Origin: Lingula anatina
Lineage: Eukaryota > Animalia > Brachiopoda
Length of the DNA: 64,000 bases
Direction of reading: 5' to 3'
NCBI GenBank assembly: GCA_051362555.1
Contig: CM120646.1
Coordinates: forward strand, 19,344,001 to 19,408,000
Below, in pieces: positions 28,904 to 41,300 of the stretch. A program made the position numbers and the translations under genes. The notes below the pieces were generated by a model. The model searched no databases, was not told where the DNA came from, and saw only the letters and a list, made by a program, of their open reading frames with translations. How positions within the stretch are numbered: the first letter of the stretch is position 1; each line of letters starts with the position of its first letter.

Positions 28904-31900
28904 CAGAGGTATAATTCTGTTACACACACAATGCACAGATTGATAATCTAGTTTCTCTGGATTTGAAGCTCTGACTTCTACTTAAACAATAGTTTTGACA
29001 AAACTTTGTTAAATTTCTTTTAAGTACATAAATAAATAAATAATTTAACAAATACATATATCACTGTGTGAGACCATTAACAATGTGCAAATGCACATTG
29101 ACATCATGGTTGCCTGGCAACAAATGTATAAACTATTGCATTGTTCTCTAGTTCGTGTCCTAATTACAAGTATGACATAACATCTGTAAAGCATCAATTA
29201 AAGCAAATCAATAATAGGGTGGCAAATATTCTTTACATTTGGTTTTTTATCTCTCTATACTGAAGAGAAGCCAAGTTATCTAAATGAAGTACGAAAAGCA
29301 AAAACTAGCTGTAAGCTGAAAAGTCCATTTGCAAAAAGCAGCACACCTTTTAGCCAGAGCAGATAATGTGCTTTGTCCATCATTTCAATACTTCACATGC
29401 AACATTAAGTAATCCCTTGCTATCCACATGGTAAATCAATAACATTTATAATTTCCCATTAATTGCATTTGCTTCCCATCATTAGTTAACTTTGTAACAC
29501 CACCAGTCTCATGGGACACTCAAGTGCCTCCCACGTCATGTTTTAACCAAAAAGTTCATCCCAACAAAACCATATCTGGATGCCAAATTCATTGTGTTTT
29601 TACTAAAAACCATTGAAAACAAGCACTATATACAAATAGTGCTCATTAACTCTGACAAATTTTGTTGAACAATGTAGAAAATATTAACATAAGTAGCACA
29701 GACAATATGCCAATGAAGTGCGTAACAAAACTGAAAGAGTATACTTACTTCTGATGTTTTTGTATTTGTCTTGGGATTGAATAATATATCGTCATCAAAT
29801 CTCTGAAGTCTGGCATCTTCCTAAAATTCAAGAATAAATAAACAAATAAACAATTTTAAAATCATTTTAAATATTTTTTCATTATGTTTTTCTACATTTT
29901 AATTTCATTTCAATTGGCTAGACTTTCTTAAATAAAATAGCTGGTTTACCTTAAGAAAATATCTCTAAAATGAAAAAAAAATCCCCTAATAATAACTGAT
30001 ATATCTTATTCAGATGTGAAAGCATACCTTCTGGTTTGGTGCACCCCCTCCAGCTTTTCCCCAAGGATTGTAACTTTTTAACATTTCCAAATCTCTCCTT
30101 TTCTCTTCCTCTTTGGCATTTATTTGGTGCTTTTTCCACTGCTTGAACTCCTGGATGTCTTGCTCCGCTATCTCCATCTGTTGGCGATGCTTTAGCAGAT
30201 CAGCTGACCTGAAGGTTAAAGGTCAAATAAAGGTAAATTTTTACATCCAATTACACTTTTTGTTTCTCAGAACTTGTACATGCAGGCTTACACATGGTAT
30301 TGCATCTTGGTGCATGGATCACGATTATCTCAGGGAGACACATGTAGAACAATGTAGTAATAATTTTCTTTGACAAAAAAGTAGTGGCACATTCAGAAAA
30401 TAAAATCATTTCTTATTAACAGACATATGTTTTCTACCTTTGAGATGCAAAGTTTTGCCCCTTTGTTCAATTTAGAAACTTCATCACATGACTTACTTGT
30501 CTAAAAGTTGAGGGGTTTAAGCAGCATGCCTCAAAGATACTGTAGAAAAAAAACATGTTTAGTCTTCTAAGAAAAGATAACTTGTTTGTATTCTTTTCAT
30601 CACAGAAATAAAAACAGTACGTGTAGCTGGATCTTACGTTTTGTCCTGCAAGGGGTTCCCAAGAGGTCTAGGGCCCTCACTTTTGTGTGGAGAACCTGTG
30701 CTGCCATATTCAAAACCATGTCCCAACTGTCCCAGGGGTCGGTCTGGGAAAAGGTTATAATAATAATTATAATTATAATAATAATAGAAATAGTAATAAT
30801 ATCAAAATTGTGTTTATTAAAAGCTAACATTTTATACAGATTTATACATGATATATGCCCTTACCAATTCATTTTTTTAGTATAGTGATCTTACTTTCAC
30901 TGTGTACATCTGCAAATTATTTAATTTCATTTAATTAGTTTTTTTAGAGTTTTTTTACATTGAGAAGTTGGTGCATATTCTGCTGCCATAAAATTGCACA
31001 AAAAGGAAGAAAAAATCTCATTAAAAAAAAGATGTTAAACTCAGTGAAATTATAGAAACACATAATATTTACCTGGATGTAAATGCTGTGCTTTTCTAAA
31101 ATCTGCATTATAAGTAGGCTCAAGTGGCTTGTCCCCTAGAATTGGTCTGCGAGGAGAGTCCATGTTGCGTTCTGGGAAGCCCTTAAAACGAAAATTCTCT
31201 CCAAGACCAGTGGCTGCTTTTGTTGACATGTCCAGCGATGTATTGTTGTTACTGTAGGGGTCATGTGGGGTGACTGGAGAGAAATATTTTGTGAAGATTT
31301 CTTAATAATGCTTATAAATTAGTAATATTAAATATATATATACATATAAGTATATATATTAAAGGCAATGTGTTTTGCATAGGGTATATCTTTGCAACAA
31401 AGGAGAAACTGCAAAAGTTCCCAGGATCCTTTTTCTTGGACTGTTTTAGAAAAGTCTTCCTACATGTATAAGAAGTGAGTGCAAATATACTAAAAAATAA
31501 TTACAACTGAGGGTTATAGTCATTATGGTGCATGATTTCACCTTTATACATGGTTTTGATAATTTGATGTCCAAAATAATCAAATGAAATTTAAAAAAAT
31601 AAGAAAAATAAATTACATTATAATAAATTAAATTAAATTAAAAATTCCACCTTTTTCTCTCAGCTTTTCTTTTATCTCATTATCTTTTTATTATAACAAC
31701 ATGAGCTAAATTTGGTTTAAAAAAAAGGGGCAACTGTAGCTATTTTTTTTCTAGAATCATTCTTATTTATTTATTCATTTACTAGTATTTATTTATTTAT
31801 TTATTTATTTATTAGTTCTTGAACAGCATCCTTCCTTTAATTATAAAAATTTAAAAAATAGAGAAAAGGTTAATATCTGAAATTTTAACAGTTTTGCAAT

Positions 31901-34900
31901 TCTAAACCACTGACATATATCTAACATAAAATTCATATCATACAAAAAGGTGTAATTTCTTGCACATAAATCTATTATAATGCTGTATAAGATTCAAATT
32001 AATCAATTTACAAAGTGAATTAAGATGTTTTTGATAAGAAATATTTAATTGCTTTTTTCCATATAAGCTCACTAGCACATTTAAATTAAAGCAACGAGCA
32101 GTTACATATACATGTACTCATTACTGAAGGTATGTAGATAAATGAAAAAGGCAGAAACTGTTAACAAGAAGCATGGTATAATATTATCCACCACCTATAC
32201 AGCAACACAACAGCTACCAGACAGCTATGACAGCTAAATAAGCAATACCCAACATGTAAACCACTAAAAAGCTAATTTACATCCAAGACTATTGTGGCAA
32301 TCCTACAGGGGCTACTATCTATATATGCACAAATCATTCCATTCTTGCACACTACTAAATACAACAGCTTTTCTCCATTCACCACTTTTAAAGGCGTTAT
32401 CAAAAGTAAATCACCTGCGTGAAATTATTATTATTATTATTTTTTTTTTTTTTCACTTGAAACACATACCAATGAAATGAATTTATACTTTGATATTCCT
32501 GAAAAATTGAAACAAAATGAAAGAAATACAAGTCAGGAAAATGAAAAGCTGTACAATGGTGTTCTCTCACCAGAAAGCCGAGAAAGTGATCCTTGCTTTA
32601 AAGGGTAGAAAAAGAATAAGAAGCAAGTTTTATACAGGGATTCTGTAAGAAGCACAATAAAGGGTTGGTGCAGAAATAAATAAAAACAAACAGGTACTTA
32701 TTCATATTCACCAGTGTAACCAGAAGTGTTTATATATATATTAGTTATTCATTAAATGTAGTTTTGTGATTGAGCTTAAAATGTGATAATGAATTTGTTA
32801 AATTTAAAATTAAATTCTTTATAAAAAATCTTTCAAAAAAAAAATTGTAGTACATTGAATATTGAAGCTGGCTACACCATGAAGCGAAGCAACAATCTGG
32901 TAACAGTGTATACTACACTTAGCAAAATGAAAAGTTTGCCACAATATTACAGCAAATTGACTGCAAACCCTGTTTGCAGGAGTTTGCAAGGAAATTTGTT
33001 GCTGCTAATTTGCAGCAAATTTGCAAGAACATTTCAAGTTTGCAGCAGGTTTGCTATAAAATCTTTATGACTCCTAATAAATTTGCAAGAACATCTTAAG
33101 TTTGCAGTATAGGTTTGCAAGATAGTATTCATGTTCTTGCAAATTTGCGGCAAAACAGCAGGAAAATTTGGGAGAGAGTTTGTGGTAGGCCTGATAATTT
33201 GCAAAGGTAAGCAGTACCCTGTGCTTCAGAGGTTACTGGAATTTGTTCCCTGTATTAGAGAGACTGATGATTTAAAGAAAGGTATCCAATGCTCTCTGAA
33301 ACTCAGGGTGTGTGGTAACAGTATTATAAACATATAATAATTGTAGATAATACCTACAGTGTAATATTCCAAACAAATTATTCCTCTGAGGAAAGTAAAA
33401 AGGAATGTTCCAAAGGCCGCTGTCTCTACGCTGACCTCCTCTACCAGACTGCCAAAAATAAAAAATAAAACAGAAATTTCTAAAAATTTGAAGTCTCTAC
33501 GTTCTTTACTAGAATCAAGAAAGATCAATAGATTCTAGATAGTGCTTTATTTTAGGTTACCTACAGATAAGATCTGGATGAAAAGAGAAGATAATGATTC
33601 AATCAGAGTGAATAAACTCCAGCTGCAGATAAACTGATATGACATACATCATATATAGATATCTGGTCAAATTTCAGCCAAGATACTATATTGACTAAAT
33701 TGACATCTGCAGAATGTAGGACTCTATCCATATATGATTGGTTTGTCGACTAAATTTTCATTTTCACAAAATGAACCCCCTACTAGAATGTGGTATAAAA
33801 TGGAACTCCTACTATAATCTCTCTCTGCTTCCTGCACATTTCACAACTACAAAATTATATGTATTCACTTGAAGACATCAAGACATCACTTCAAAATATT
33901 TGTTGGGTAACAAATAAAAATTCAAGGCAAACTGAGCATGCTTTCAATATTCTCTGTTATATTCCAATCAAGCAAACATGCTTGCATGCGCAGTTCTTGT
34001 AAAACAATACATGTATAAGCAGCTGTATTCTTTGTAAATTTCACAAGCAAATGACTACTGTGCATGTGTCAGCCTTCACACAGAAATTATACTGGTATTT
34101 GTTTGGAAATTCAGTGACGTGCCAACTCTGGCTAGGGTGCTACTGGTATTACACGGTGTATTGTATGCTGCTTGGCGTAAACAAATATGAATTGTGCGCA
34201 AACAAGGCGCAACTTTTAGTGTGTGGTTATGTAAATATGCACTACAAAAGCAACTTCACATTACAGGCAATTTTTCCTTTACAGATGAGAAATTTCTGGA
34301 TAGTCCTGGTTAACATTATGGAAAGATTTTACGTGACTACATGTATATGCACACATACATGTACAAGTGCTGGTAGTATTAACTACAATTTTCAAGAAAA
34401 CCAATCACCCATTTAAAAAATAAATAAAAATAACTATTCTTCCAATGATTTAGAGACAAGAAATCAATAGACCAGTGCATATATAAGGAAAACTTGGCCC
34501 TATTGATTCATCAAAATAAACATTTGAAAATCATTGTAAACTTTCCCTTTTTATCATTACATATGTACTTGCATGTATAATGAACATTGGGACCAATGCT
34601 GTCACCTTCAGGCCACTGTCATGCACACAAAACTGTAATATCACTTTTAACACAATTTAACCAGGTATTATCTTTACTAGTACGCGATCCTTATCTAAAA
34701 TTGCTCACTATGGGGTATAGATAAAGGAATTAAAGGTGTTTCTATATGCATGCCTTTTCATAAAATCTCATTTATCTTCATTGTACTTGTCTTTTATGTG
34801 TGAAAGTGATTAAAATCAAGCCCTGTATTAGATGTATTAATTGACATTTAAAAATAAAACATTACCTTGCCAAAGAAGGTGTTCAATTATGTAATATACA

Positions 34901-37072
34901 ATTAACCCTAGTACAGAAATTGTGAGCATTATAAATGCCACAGTTTTTAACCATAGGTGTTTAATATGTTACTCACACAAAAAAAAGGAAAAAAAAAAGA
35001 AAGAAAGGAACAGGTGAGGGATCTAAGACTTACAGGTGAGCCTGCGATTAAAACAAGTACTAAAAGCCTTTTTACCTCCTGTAGTAAGTATCGATGAATA
35101 TAACTAATTGGTGAAACTGTGGATGAAACACCAGCCATTGTAGTGTATTGACCAGATATTGACCATACTGCAACAGAGGCATCCAATAATTAAATCTACT
35201 CTCACTGTGGTGTGTTTTGCCAATGTAAATACACTTTAGGTAGATAATAAAGGCCAATTATGTACACACATTGTGTGGTGAGGCACTTCACGTTGGCAAC
35301 TGTAAAGTTTAGAAATGATGCAGCTCTAAAATGGAAAGGATAAATCTGTCAAAATGTAGCATTCACTTCTTTTGTTTATTTCAGCAGTTTTTGTATGACA
35401 ACCACTACACAAAAAGTGCATTGCTAAATGGCAGCCCAATTTAATTTAAGTTGCTATAAACAAATTTAGTGAAAAAAAAAACTCAATAGCTGCAGGCTTG
35501 CATGGATTTGTGACTGCTGATGGCACTTTATCTGGAACTAAGTCATTGAATAAGACTTAAAAATACCCCCCTCCCACTCACACAGCATTAAATATATATA
35601 ACAACAGCCCAATACGTGCAAAAACAATCTTTTACTTTGTTATATTTAAGATGTTACTCTTATGTGTCCTTTTTGGATAATTGCCCTAACGAGAATTAGG
35701 ATTATCCAAATCTTTTCAGAGAAAAAGAAGAATAAATTTTTATTTCAACAACAGGAAATTGATTTTGACTTCAAGATGCTGCACAGCCAGAGGCATACAT
35801 GTACAGTATTTGTCACGAGAAAATATTATTCTTACTAAGCGCATTCAGAATTCTTATCAAATGTGCTCTGTTTGCTCTCAAGATGTTTCCATTTCTATTG
35901 GAATGCTATGGGCTATAATAGGGTGTATATCTACAGAGTACTACTACCAATACTTTCCCTTGTGTCATTTCAATATCCATGTTTTAAATGTTATAACCAA
36001 TGACACCCAACACCCTTACAATTTGCTCAGTATCTTGACACAACACGAGGTTCAGAAAACAAATACTTTAAAACCCAGAATTTAAAACAGAAATTGTGAT
36101 TTGAAAACAAAATGTGTCTCCAGGAAGCCTGCTGGTATTTGCTTACACCAGAGCATAATTTTCACAAGTCGGTTTGACAAAGGACTCTGCAAATATATAT
36201 GTTGTAGACTTAAGTGTAGCTACCACAGAACATCAAGTACTTAAGAAAACAAACACAAAGACCTTCACGGACAATGAATTTTCTCCTTCAGTGAACAGAA
36301 AAATGTAATCTTTACATATTCTGAATGTAATGTGTCAGATCATACACATAAAAATACCAAATGTTTGTGTCTTGTAGCTAGGGGAAGAAAGGCATCTGCG
36401 CCTGTAATACGCTTGAGTATTATTTATTATCTAGCCTCTTTAGAAAACCTTGGTACGTATTACTTTGAAATAACAAAATTCTTTTCCTAATTTCTATTCA
36501 GCAAGTCTATTTTTATTAGGCAAATTGTGTATTTTTATCAAATCATCTGAATAAAGAAAAAAAGTAAATATATGTAATAAATTTTAATGGCAGTAAAAAT
36601 CGTCATACTTTTGCCATATTTGAAAATGATGCCAAACATTCTTATTTAGATATTTTATCTTTATGTACCACACTTAGATGACTAAAGACACTACATGTTA
36701 AATACAACATGTCAAAAATGATTGAGACTAGGAAAACAACCTGAAAAATCCATTTCTAATCATGTTCACTCAGAAAAGGGCAGGTAAACACAGGATGACA
36801 CTCATTATACAAGTATTGATCTCTATCAAAGGAAACCAGATATTCAGAATACAGTTTTACTGAGGTTTATGTAGTTGTGGTAATTACATTGGCAGTGTGT
36901 GGTTTGGAATGATGAAAAAAAAACATAAGAATCAAGGTGGAATTTAAAGGCCATCGTATGAAATACTTATATATATATATATATAGCTACATGTATGGAC
37001 AAAATTCGTTATTATGTCCAATATATAGCCAAGTACACAAACTACATTTATAATAGTTTTTACATGTACTAT

Positions 37073-37127
<55 letters not shown>

Positions 37128-37661
37128 AAAGGATAACTCCAAATTATTCTTCTACATACAGTATTTCATATCAATGGCTGTTAATTTATAATTTATGATG
37201 ACTTGGGAATAATTTTCTTTATCTTGAAAATCATAAAAGAAAATAATAAAGAACTTGCAGCCCTTATAAAATTTTTCAAACTCAACATGCCTATATTCAA
37301 CAAAAGAGAGCATTATAGAGATACCTATTATTATTACTATCATTAATCAAATTTCATAAAAATTATTTTTAAATATTATAAAAAATACAAAAATAATTAT
37401 AATTTTCCATGAGACTGATTTTTATTCTGATTGTCAGAGCAGATGCAAGTTTCTTAATAAGTCCAGGCAAAGTAAAGAGTTGATGTAAATAATCATTATA
37501 AAATTATTTTCTTCAAGCCTTGTGTCAAATGTAGGCAAAACAAACCAGCAAGGGACATACCAGGTCGAAAATTTCTCTTTAAAAATCACAAAACTTTTTT
37601 ACTTACGGTCATGCTGGAGGCTTAATGGGACCCGGTTAGTTTCTAATCTCGCTGCTGCCAT
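20078..37661 (-). CDS. Multi-exon (~18-20 exons, ~720 aa) protein with seven (W/F)GxxGxGAP motifs and short coiled coils; CSPP1/CCDC66-motif-like, probably ciliary or centrosomal
   Basis: ATG at 37661 (MAAARLETNRVPLSLQHD). In-frame exons follow at about 31.2k, 30.7k, 30.1k, 29.8k, 28.0k, 26.9k, 26.3k, 24.55k, 24.0k, 23.5k, 23.15k, 22.9k, 22.5k, 21.45k, 21.07k and 20.6k, and the last exon is 20116-20078 (REYKVNAPWANY*). Motifs include YNPWGKAGGGAP, FDPFGKPGAGAP, WWGREGAGAPIRDNRGN and FWGRPGAGAP. Confidence 0.8.
26429..26607. mobile_element. Short non-autonomous DNA element with CCC...GGG ends (animal EnSpm/CACTA-like), internal TGCTGCAA-type repeats
   Basis: The ends CCCTTAGCAAAA and TTTTGCTTAGGG are inverted, with TT on both flanks (a 2-bp TSD). 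A related copy lies in opposite orientation at ~32917-33207. Confidence 0.55.
28112..28162. repeat. (TA)n microsatellite
   Basis: Directly visible. Other microsatellites: (GT)n ~20185, (ATT)n ~22146, (AT)n ~28858, (GA)n ~37074, (CT)n ~43981 and ~49398. Confidence 0.9.
29109..29121. promoter_or_regulatory. RFX X-box motif (intronic)
   Basis: GTTGCCTGGCAAC is a perfect palindromic match to the GTTGCC-N-GGCAAC X-box consensus, inside a candidate ciliary gene. Confidence 0.5.
32917..33207. mobile_element. Second, inverted copy of the element at 26429-26607
   Basis: CTTAGCAAAATGAAAAGTTTGC and GGCCTGATAATTTGC match the reverse complement of the two ends of the 26.4-kb copy. Confidence 0.5.
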
Positions 37662-38329
37662 ACTTATTTTAAGCGTGCTTAAGTCTATATGATGGTAATA
37701 CGCTCAATTATTCCCCATGTATTGACCCCTCACTTTGTTAGTTCATCGCCATGGTGTTGTCAACAAACCGGCAGAGCACAGAAAGCACAATGAGTCAACA
37801 TGGTTGGAATATTTGACATAACAATGTCACTTTTTGGGATAAATATATACCAAGATATGTACAAAGCACTGGGATATCAATATAATTTGTAAAAACAATA
37901 TAAAGAAGCGTATAAGCTGTATTTTTGCTAGAATTCCCAAATAATCCATACATGCTTTCCTTACGATGCCCTTACGGCGGAAGTAAACTTTCATTAACGG
38001 AAGTTTACCTCCACGCATGCGTATTTCTTCAAATTCCAAGCTGCAGAATTTACTATGAATTATTCGGTAGGTCTTTTTAAAATTATGAATGATTTCGTTA
38101 AGAAATGTAGAAAAGGGCTTAATGATTCAAAATCAGTGAAAATACCACACCTTTTCCCTTTTGCGCTTATATGTATTTGGTATTTCTTTTTACAGAAAAC
38201 ATGACTGCAACACTCGCCGACACTGTGACATACCAGTACGAATAGAAAACAGAATTTGGAATCGGCAAAATATATTTTATCAGCACTGTGTTTCTTTGCT
38301 AAACTTGATAATTTCCTCCTGCACTGAAA
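37662..38329. promoter_or_regulatory. Probable bidirectional promoter between the GxGAP-repeat gene and TTC21B
   Basis: The divergent start codons at 37661 (-) and 38330 (+) are only ~670 bp apart. The interval is locally CpG-richer than the flanking introns and has forkhead-type GTCAACA twice (~37759, ~37794). Confidence 0.55.
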
Positions 38330-41300
38330 ATGGCTGAGACAGATTCAGTGACGTTGGTAAGTATTACGATTTTCATAAGTACATGTTTATGGGTGCCATT
38401 GTAATTTGAATTTAAGCTCTGTATATACAATGTACTTGGCATTTAAAAAAAAATTCCCTTTGCTTTTTTAGGCAAAGATCAACTATTATTGCCGTGAAAA
38501 GCTGTACAGACACATGCAGAATGCTGCACTAGAGGGAATGAAGAAATATGGCAACGACCCTGTCCTCAAGTTTTTCCTTGCATACAGCATGTTATTGGAA
38601 GGTAAATATACAGGCAGGGAAGTTTAGAGTTTTTTATTATTCTTGGCAAATGTAAACAAGTTACCAACTGTAGGGAAGGGGGGGGGTCATTTTCATTTAC
38701 ATTGTTTATACATTTACAAGACATGAGCAAATATTTTTAAAGGAACTGAATATATTCTGAGATAGCATTCAGTGAAATAGAGATATTGATTGCAACCTCC
38801 TAAAAATAAATAAAATGAATAAAGATAATAGAAGATAATGAAAAACTGAAATAGGGGAAAAGAAACAACAAAAGATGCCTAAATTATTATTAAAATTTTA
38901 ATTATCAGAAACATCCATATTTATTTGTCGTGCTTTAAATATCGTCAAAAATAACCTGAATCTGCAGATCGTGTCCAGGAAGGCATGCGAGAGCTGGAGA
39001 TCCTGAAGGACAAGCGGGACCTGAACCTGTGTACATACATGGCTTTGATGTTTGGCCACAAGAGGTGTAAGACTGTGGACAGAGAGGCCATGCAGGAGCT
39101 GGACACTAAACTGAAAACTGAGAGAAAACAAGCTGGGGAGATGGTATTCTTTTTTTTTTTTTTTTTTTTGTCTTTTTTACTTACACTTAGTCTGCAATAC
39201 AGAGTGTGTTATTACTTCTTTGATGACTTTCTTGACTGCTGCCACATTTTCGGTTTCAGTTAGTTACCATTAAAAACAAAAGTAGGGTCAGCAATTATCT
39301 TGACCCTCTTCATTATCTGTTTCTTTCAACTTGCAAAATGTGTCATTGCAAGTAAGTAGTAATTTTTACACATAATTCTTTATCTGCAGTAGATGAAAAT
39401 GACAAGAAAATGAAAACAAACATGTCATCAAAATTCATGTTTCAGGGTCTGTATTTTGCTGGCCTGTTCTTGTTTCACTCAGAGAAGTATGACAAAGCAA
39501 GGGAGTACATTGATAGGATGCTGAAGATAAATGCTAACTCCAAGGAGGTGAGGGTTTTTATTATTATTATTAGTATTATGTGGTCTGTATGCCACAATTA
39601 CTTAAACATTTTGCCTATTTGTAGCATTAACTCCCTCGTTTAGTGTTCAATAAATCATCACTTTTTAAGCACCATTTAATGGGTTGACATTGAGAATTTT
39701 TCTAAGAATGCTATAAGAATCCTCCCCATAAAAGAGAAAGTTAAGATACGATATTTCTGTTCTAGGGTCTTATCCTGAAGGGATGGATTGACTTGTTATG
39801 TGGCAGGGATTCTTATGTCAAGAAGGCTGTGAAATATTTCGATGATGTCTTAAAGTGAGCTTTTCACCTTAAAGGAAATTGATATTCTTTTCAAAAAGAA
39901 GTGAATTTTATGACTGATTGCCTCTTACCTTAAATGTACCCTTTTTTGCACCATTATTGATTAATCCTGATCTAAAGTAAACCATTTTTTTTTATATAAA
40001 GGTACACTTCATTTGTGCTTTTTAACTGTAACTTACTACACTGATATCAATATCCTTTTTGCTATTGATACGCAATTTTCATTCTTGATATATTCAGCCA
40101 GGGAAATAAAGAAGTAGATGCACTTTTTGGGAAGGCCAAATGTTTTTCTCTGAAGAATAACTTCACTGGCTCTCTGGAGTTGATGAACCAGGCCATTGTG
40201 TCCTTCCCTGGCTACATGCCTGCACTGATTGAGAAGATGAAGATTCAGCTGGCACTGCAGGACTGGGAACAGACTGTGGAGACAGCTCATAGGTATGCTT
40301 TGTGAATAAGGAACTTATTAGTTATGATAATGATTTATTTATTTAAAAAATGTACTACACAAACGTTTCAGTGCTGTTTACATATGCTGTTATTATAAAT
40401 TTAACTTAAAACCACTAAGATTAACTTAAAACTTTTAAAAAGAAATATAAGCCAGAAGAGACAAAACTTAGCACAGAGATATATGATATTGTATTTCTAT
40501 ATTGCAGGGCCCTATCTCAAGACAATCACTCTCTAGAAGCACACAGATACATTGTTCTTCACCAACTTTGCAGGGAGGGGAATGCGCAGGAGGTGAGTAT
40601 TTGCATTATTTTTCTCTCATGGTAAACTGAAGATTCAATAAAAATGTATGCATAGTTTTTATTTTGCAGCATTGGAATGATTTCATAGTCTATACAATTA
40701 TGACTTACATCACATTTACTAGCACTGGCTGTATCTGATATTTTGTAATGGTATTTTTAAAAATAATTTATATCTATCATATGTATGCACAATCTGGGAT
40801 GATTTTTTCCAGCCTTTTGAACTAAATCCATGATTAAGTCCACCAAAGACTCAATCTTTTTCTTTTCTTTTCTTTTTTTTTTTTCAGGCTGCAACAAAGA
40901 TTGGGGATCTGATAGGTTTGGTGGACAGGTTTGAGCCAAAGAACCCACACCTGTACAATGATATAGCACAGACATTTTGTAGACTGGTAAGATAATGTTC
41001 ATCTTATGCCTTATCTAGATATTGATTCATTCTTAAGAATTTTATAAAGTGAAAATGTTTGCCACAGATGAAGGCTTCTTTGAACAAAACAAACATCACT
41101 TGCTGCTTTACGAAGGCCTCATTGATGTTATTGTATGATTGTACTATCAAGTGGGATAAGAATCACCCAACTCCAAGAACCCTTTGATCATACCAGTTAT
41201 ATAATTGTATTATTCTCCATTCTAGTGTGGTAGGAATCTCCTAGTTCTACAACAGACATACACTCTGGCAGAGAGGGCAGTTAGCCTTGATAACACTAGT

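Noticed and set aside
32405-33570. AG|GT 'zero-length exon' (recursive splice) motifs on the minus strand near 32415, 33352 and 33560
   Set aside because: Short motifs like these are expected by chance, and the intron is only ~6 kb. There is no further support.
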